DNA of 38,647 nucleotides from an uncultured Acidimicrobiales bacterium (lineage in GTDB: Bacteria; Actinomycetota; Acidimicrobiia; Acidimicrobiales; SZUA-35), in assembly GCA_938028175.1 (NCBI GenBank), contig CALJAE010000156.1, forward strand, positions 1 through 38,647. The letters are read 5' to 3'. Below, piece by piece: positions 37,289 to 38,647 of the stretch. Made by a program: the position numbers and the translations under genes. The notes beneath the pieces are model-generated. The model was not told where the DNA came from and made no database searches. It saw nothing but the letters and a program-made list of their open reading frames with translations. Within the stretch, counting starts at the first letter, position 1. Each line of letters begins with the position of its first letter.

Positions 37289-38460
37289 GCTGCCCTAGTC
37301 GATATCTTTTCGACAATAAGAAACACAATTCCTATTGCAAGTATCACAAGGCCAGTGGTTCTTATACCTCGGCTTTGTGTGAGTAGCCCGATCAGAACAA
37401 AGCTGGGAACTGAAATTCCGCTAGCTAGGAGGCCAAGCACTGATCCTGCTGAGGTGCGAATGTCCGATGAGATGTGTCGGTTAATTCGGCCTTCGACAAT
37501 AGTGATGGCAGTGAGTGAGAATGTTAGTGCGACTACCACCGCTGCCGTTACTAGAACAAAGTTGCTACTAGTTAGACCTAACATCAGGACTAGTACTGGT
37601 AGGCCGTAGGCCCATATTGGAAACCGTTTGAGTTTTGGAGCCAGATAGCCGGCAATTGCTGGAGCTGAGGCCAATGCGGCCAACAAAACTCCGAACAGGC
37701 TTGGGGATACTCCTAGGCCGATCCAAAACACTGGCGACCATTCAAACAATATGAGAACCACCAGTTGAGCTATTACAAAGGCTGCTACAAGAAGTTTGAG
37801 CTCGCTCCCTCTCAGCAGTTGAGCGAACATATTTTTTGTGTGGCTCCTAGCTGTGCGAGAACCTTTGTCGTTGTGTAGCTTCGGCTCGACGAGCGGAAGC
37901 AGAGAAAGAATACCAATGACAATAGGTATTGCTGATAGGAAGAAGTTGGCCCTAACACTTAGGGCTTCTGTAATCAGTGAGCTTGCTAGCGCTCCCGCAA
38001 TCAGACCTGCTGTCGTATAGATTGCTCGGCGGCCAGCATATTTCTCAAATTGTTCACCTTGACTGTCACCCTCAACGAGGCAGACATCGTAAATGATTGC
38101 TTGGTTTGCTCCACTTTGCATGGCCCAGAATGTTCCATAGAAAACCACAGCGAATGCATAATCAAGAAACGAGTTAGCCAGACCGCCTATTAAGGTGGCA
38201 GCTAGGAGAGCCATCTGCGCTAAGACGAGTGTCTTTTTTCGACTCCAAAAATCGCTCAAGTAGCCCGATGGAACCTCTAGGACAGTAGTGGTGCCAAGTT
38301 GGAATGCAATTAGGATTCCAATCTGTGAGCTACTCAGGTCTATCTGAGTCAAGAACAGCTTCTCTATGGCATACCAAAAGATCAGGCTCTGAAAGAAACT
38401 AGAAAGATATAAAGGCATTAGGCGAGCACCTATGTTGTCTTGGCTAGCCTCAACTCTCAC
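37270..38460 (-). CDS. MFS transporter
   Basis: About 12 hydrophobic helices with an MFS-like loop (PSGYLSDFWSRKKT). The ORF starts at GTG 38460; ATG 38418 (MPLYLSSFF) is a plausible true start. Confidence 0.7.
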   Translation of the reverse strand: MRVEASQDNIGARLMPLYLSSFFQSLIFWYAIEKLFLTQIDLSSSQIGILIAFQLGTTTVLEVPSGYLSDFWSRKKTLVLAQMALLAATLIGGLANSFLDYAFAVVFYGTFWAMQSGANQAIIYDVCLVEGDSQGEQFEKYAGRRAIYTTAGLIAGALASSLITEALSVRANFFLSAIPIVIGILSLLPLVEPKLHNDKGSRTARSHTKNMFAQLLRGSELKLLVAAFVIAQLVVLILFEWSPVFWIGLGVSPSLFGVLLAALASAPAIAGYLAPKLKRFPIWAYGLPVLVLMLGLTSSNFVLVTAAVVVALTFSLTAITIVEGRINRHISSDIRTSAGSVLGLLASGISVPSFVLIGLLTQSRGIRTTGLVILAIGIVFLIVEKISTRAAQAPLT

Positions 38461-38558
38461 TCTTGGAGTGTATATGGACAGAAATCGACCTCGATTCTAA
38501 AGATAGAAAACCAGATAGCTTGTTGATTACACCAGCGCCTAGGTACACTTGTGCCCCT

Positions 38559-38645
38559 GGAGAGGTGACAGAGCGGCCGATTGTGCTTCCCTGCTAAGGA
38601 AGTGACCTCGCAAGGGGTCCGAGGGTTCAAATCCCTCCCTCTCCG
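38559..38645 (+). tRNA. tRNA-Ser (anticodon GCU)
   Basis: Acceptor GGAGAGG/CCTCTCC, anticodon stem-loop CTTCC-CTGCTAA-GGAAG, a long variable arm, T-arm GAGGG-TTCAAAT-CCCTC and discriminator G. The window ends 2 nt later. Confidence 0.95.
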
Positions 38646-38647
38646 CT

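Noticed and set aside
29496-38645. A 9-kb segment (glycosylation cluster, M50 protease, MFS transporter) is bracketed by two tRNA-Ser genes. This raised the possibility of a tRNA-targeted genomic island.
   Set aside because: Both tRNAs present their 5' ends to the segment, whereas integrative elements insert at tRNA 3' ends. There is no integrase or excisionase and no tRNA-fragment direct repeat that I could see. Spot G+C counts are similar to the rest of the window.
1-38647. I scanned the whole window for CRISPR arrays, long direct or inverted repeats, IS termini, and phage or defence hallmarks.
   Set aside because: I noticed no spaced repeat arrays, and no transposase, integrase, RT, nuclease-helicase or TA-like ORFs in the six-frame track. 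A visual scan cannot exclude short dispersed repeats, so a self-dot-plot would be the proper check.

Overview
This is a chromosomal core segment from a compact, mid-G+C genome. I read it as actinobacterial, probably a streamlined aquatic lineage, but the taxon is inference from gene order. I call 38 protein-coding genes and three tRNAs (Ala-UGC, Ser-UGA, Ser-GCU). Gaps between calls add up to only about 1.7 kb. Many same-strand neighbours overlap by 1-4 nt (ATGA, TAATG, GTGA), and several convergent pairs end within 10 nt of each other or overlap.

Left to right the window contains:
- DUF3048 and PQQ-propeller exported proteins, tRNA-Ala, an OmpA-like anchor and aroC.
- A seven-gene Tad/Flp-type operon: cpaB-tadA-tadB-tadC plus three TadE/G-like genes.
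- An acyl-CoA ligase.
- The hallmark actinobacterial wall/division signalling block fhaA-fhaB-pstP-rodA-pbpA-pknB, convergent with trpG/pabA.
- DUF1697, MscS and TrmH genes.
- An amt operon with non-canonical partners, then pheA.
- A 572-aa orphan next to tRNA-Ser.
- A five-gene sugar-modification/glycosyltransferase operon with a divergent GT25-like gene.
- An M50 protease, an MFS transporter and a second tRNA-Ser.

I recognised no transposase, integrase, CRISPR array, reverse transcriptase, restriction or toxin-antitoxin signature. I therefore cannot point to a convincing new multi-gene system. The best leads, all of modest strength, are:
- The amt operon, which has no GlnK and three uncharacterised partners instead.
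- The 572-aa orphan at the 3' side of tRNA-Ser(UGA).
- A triplicated 13-15 nt motif in the trpG leader.
- A Tad operon with no visible Flp pilin, prepilin peptidase or TadZ.
- A glycosylation cluster with no export or priming genes.

All functional calls come from motif recognition by eye. No database search was run.
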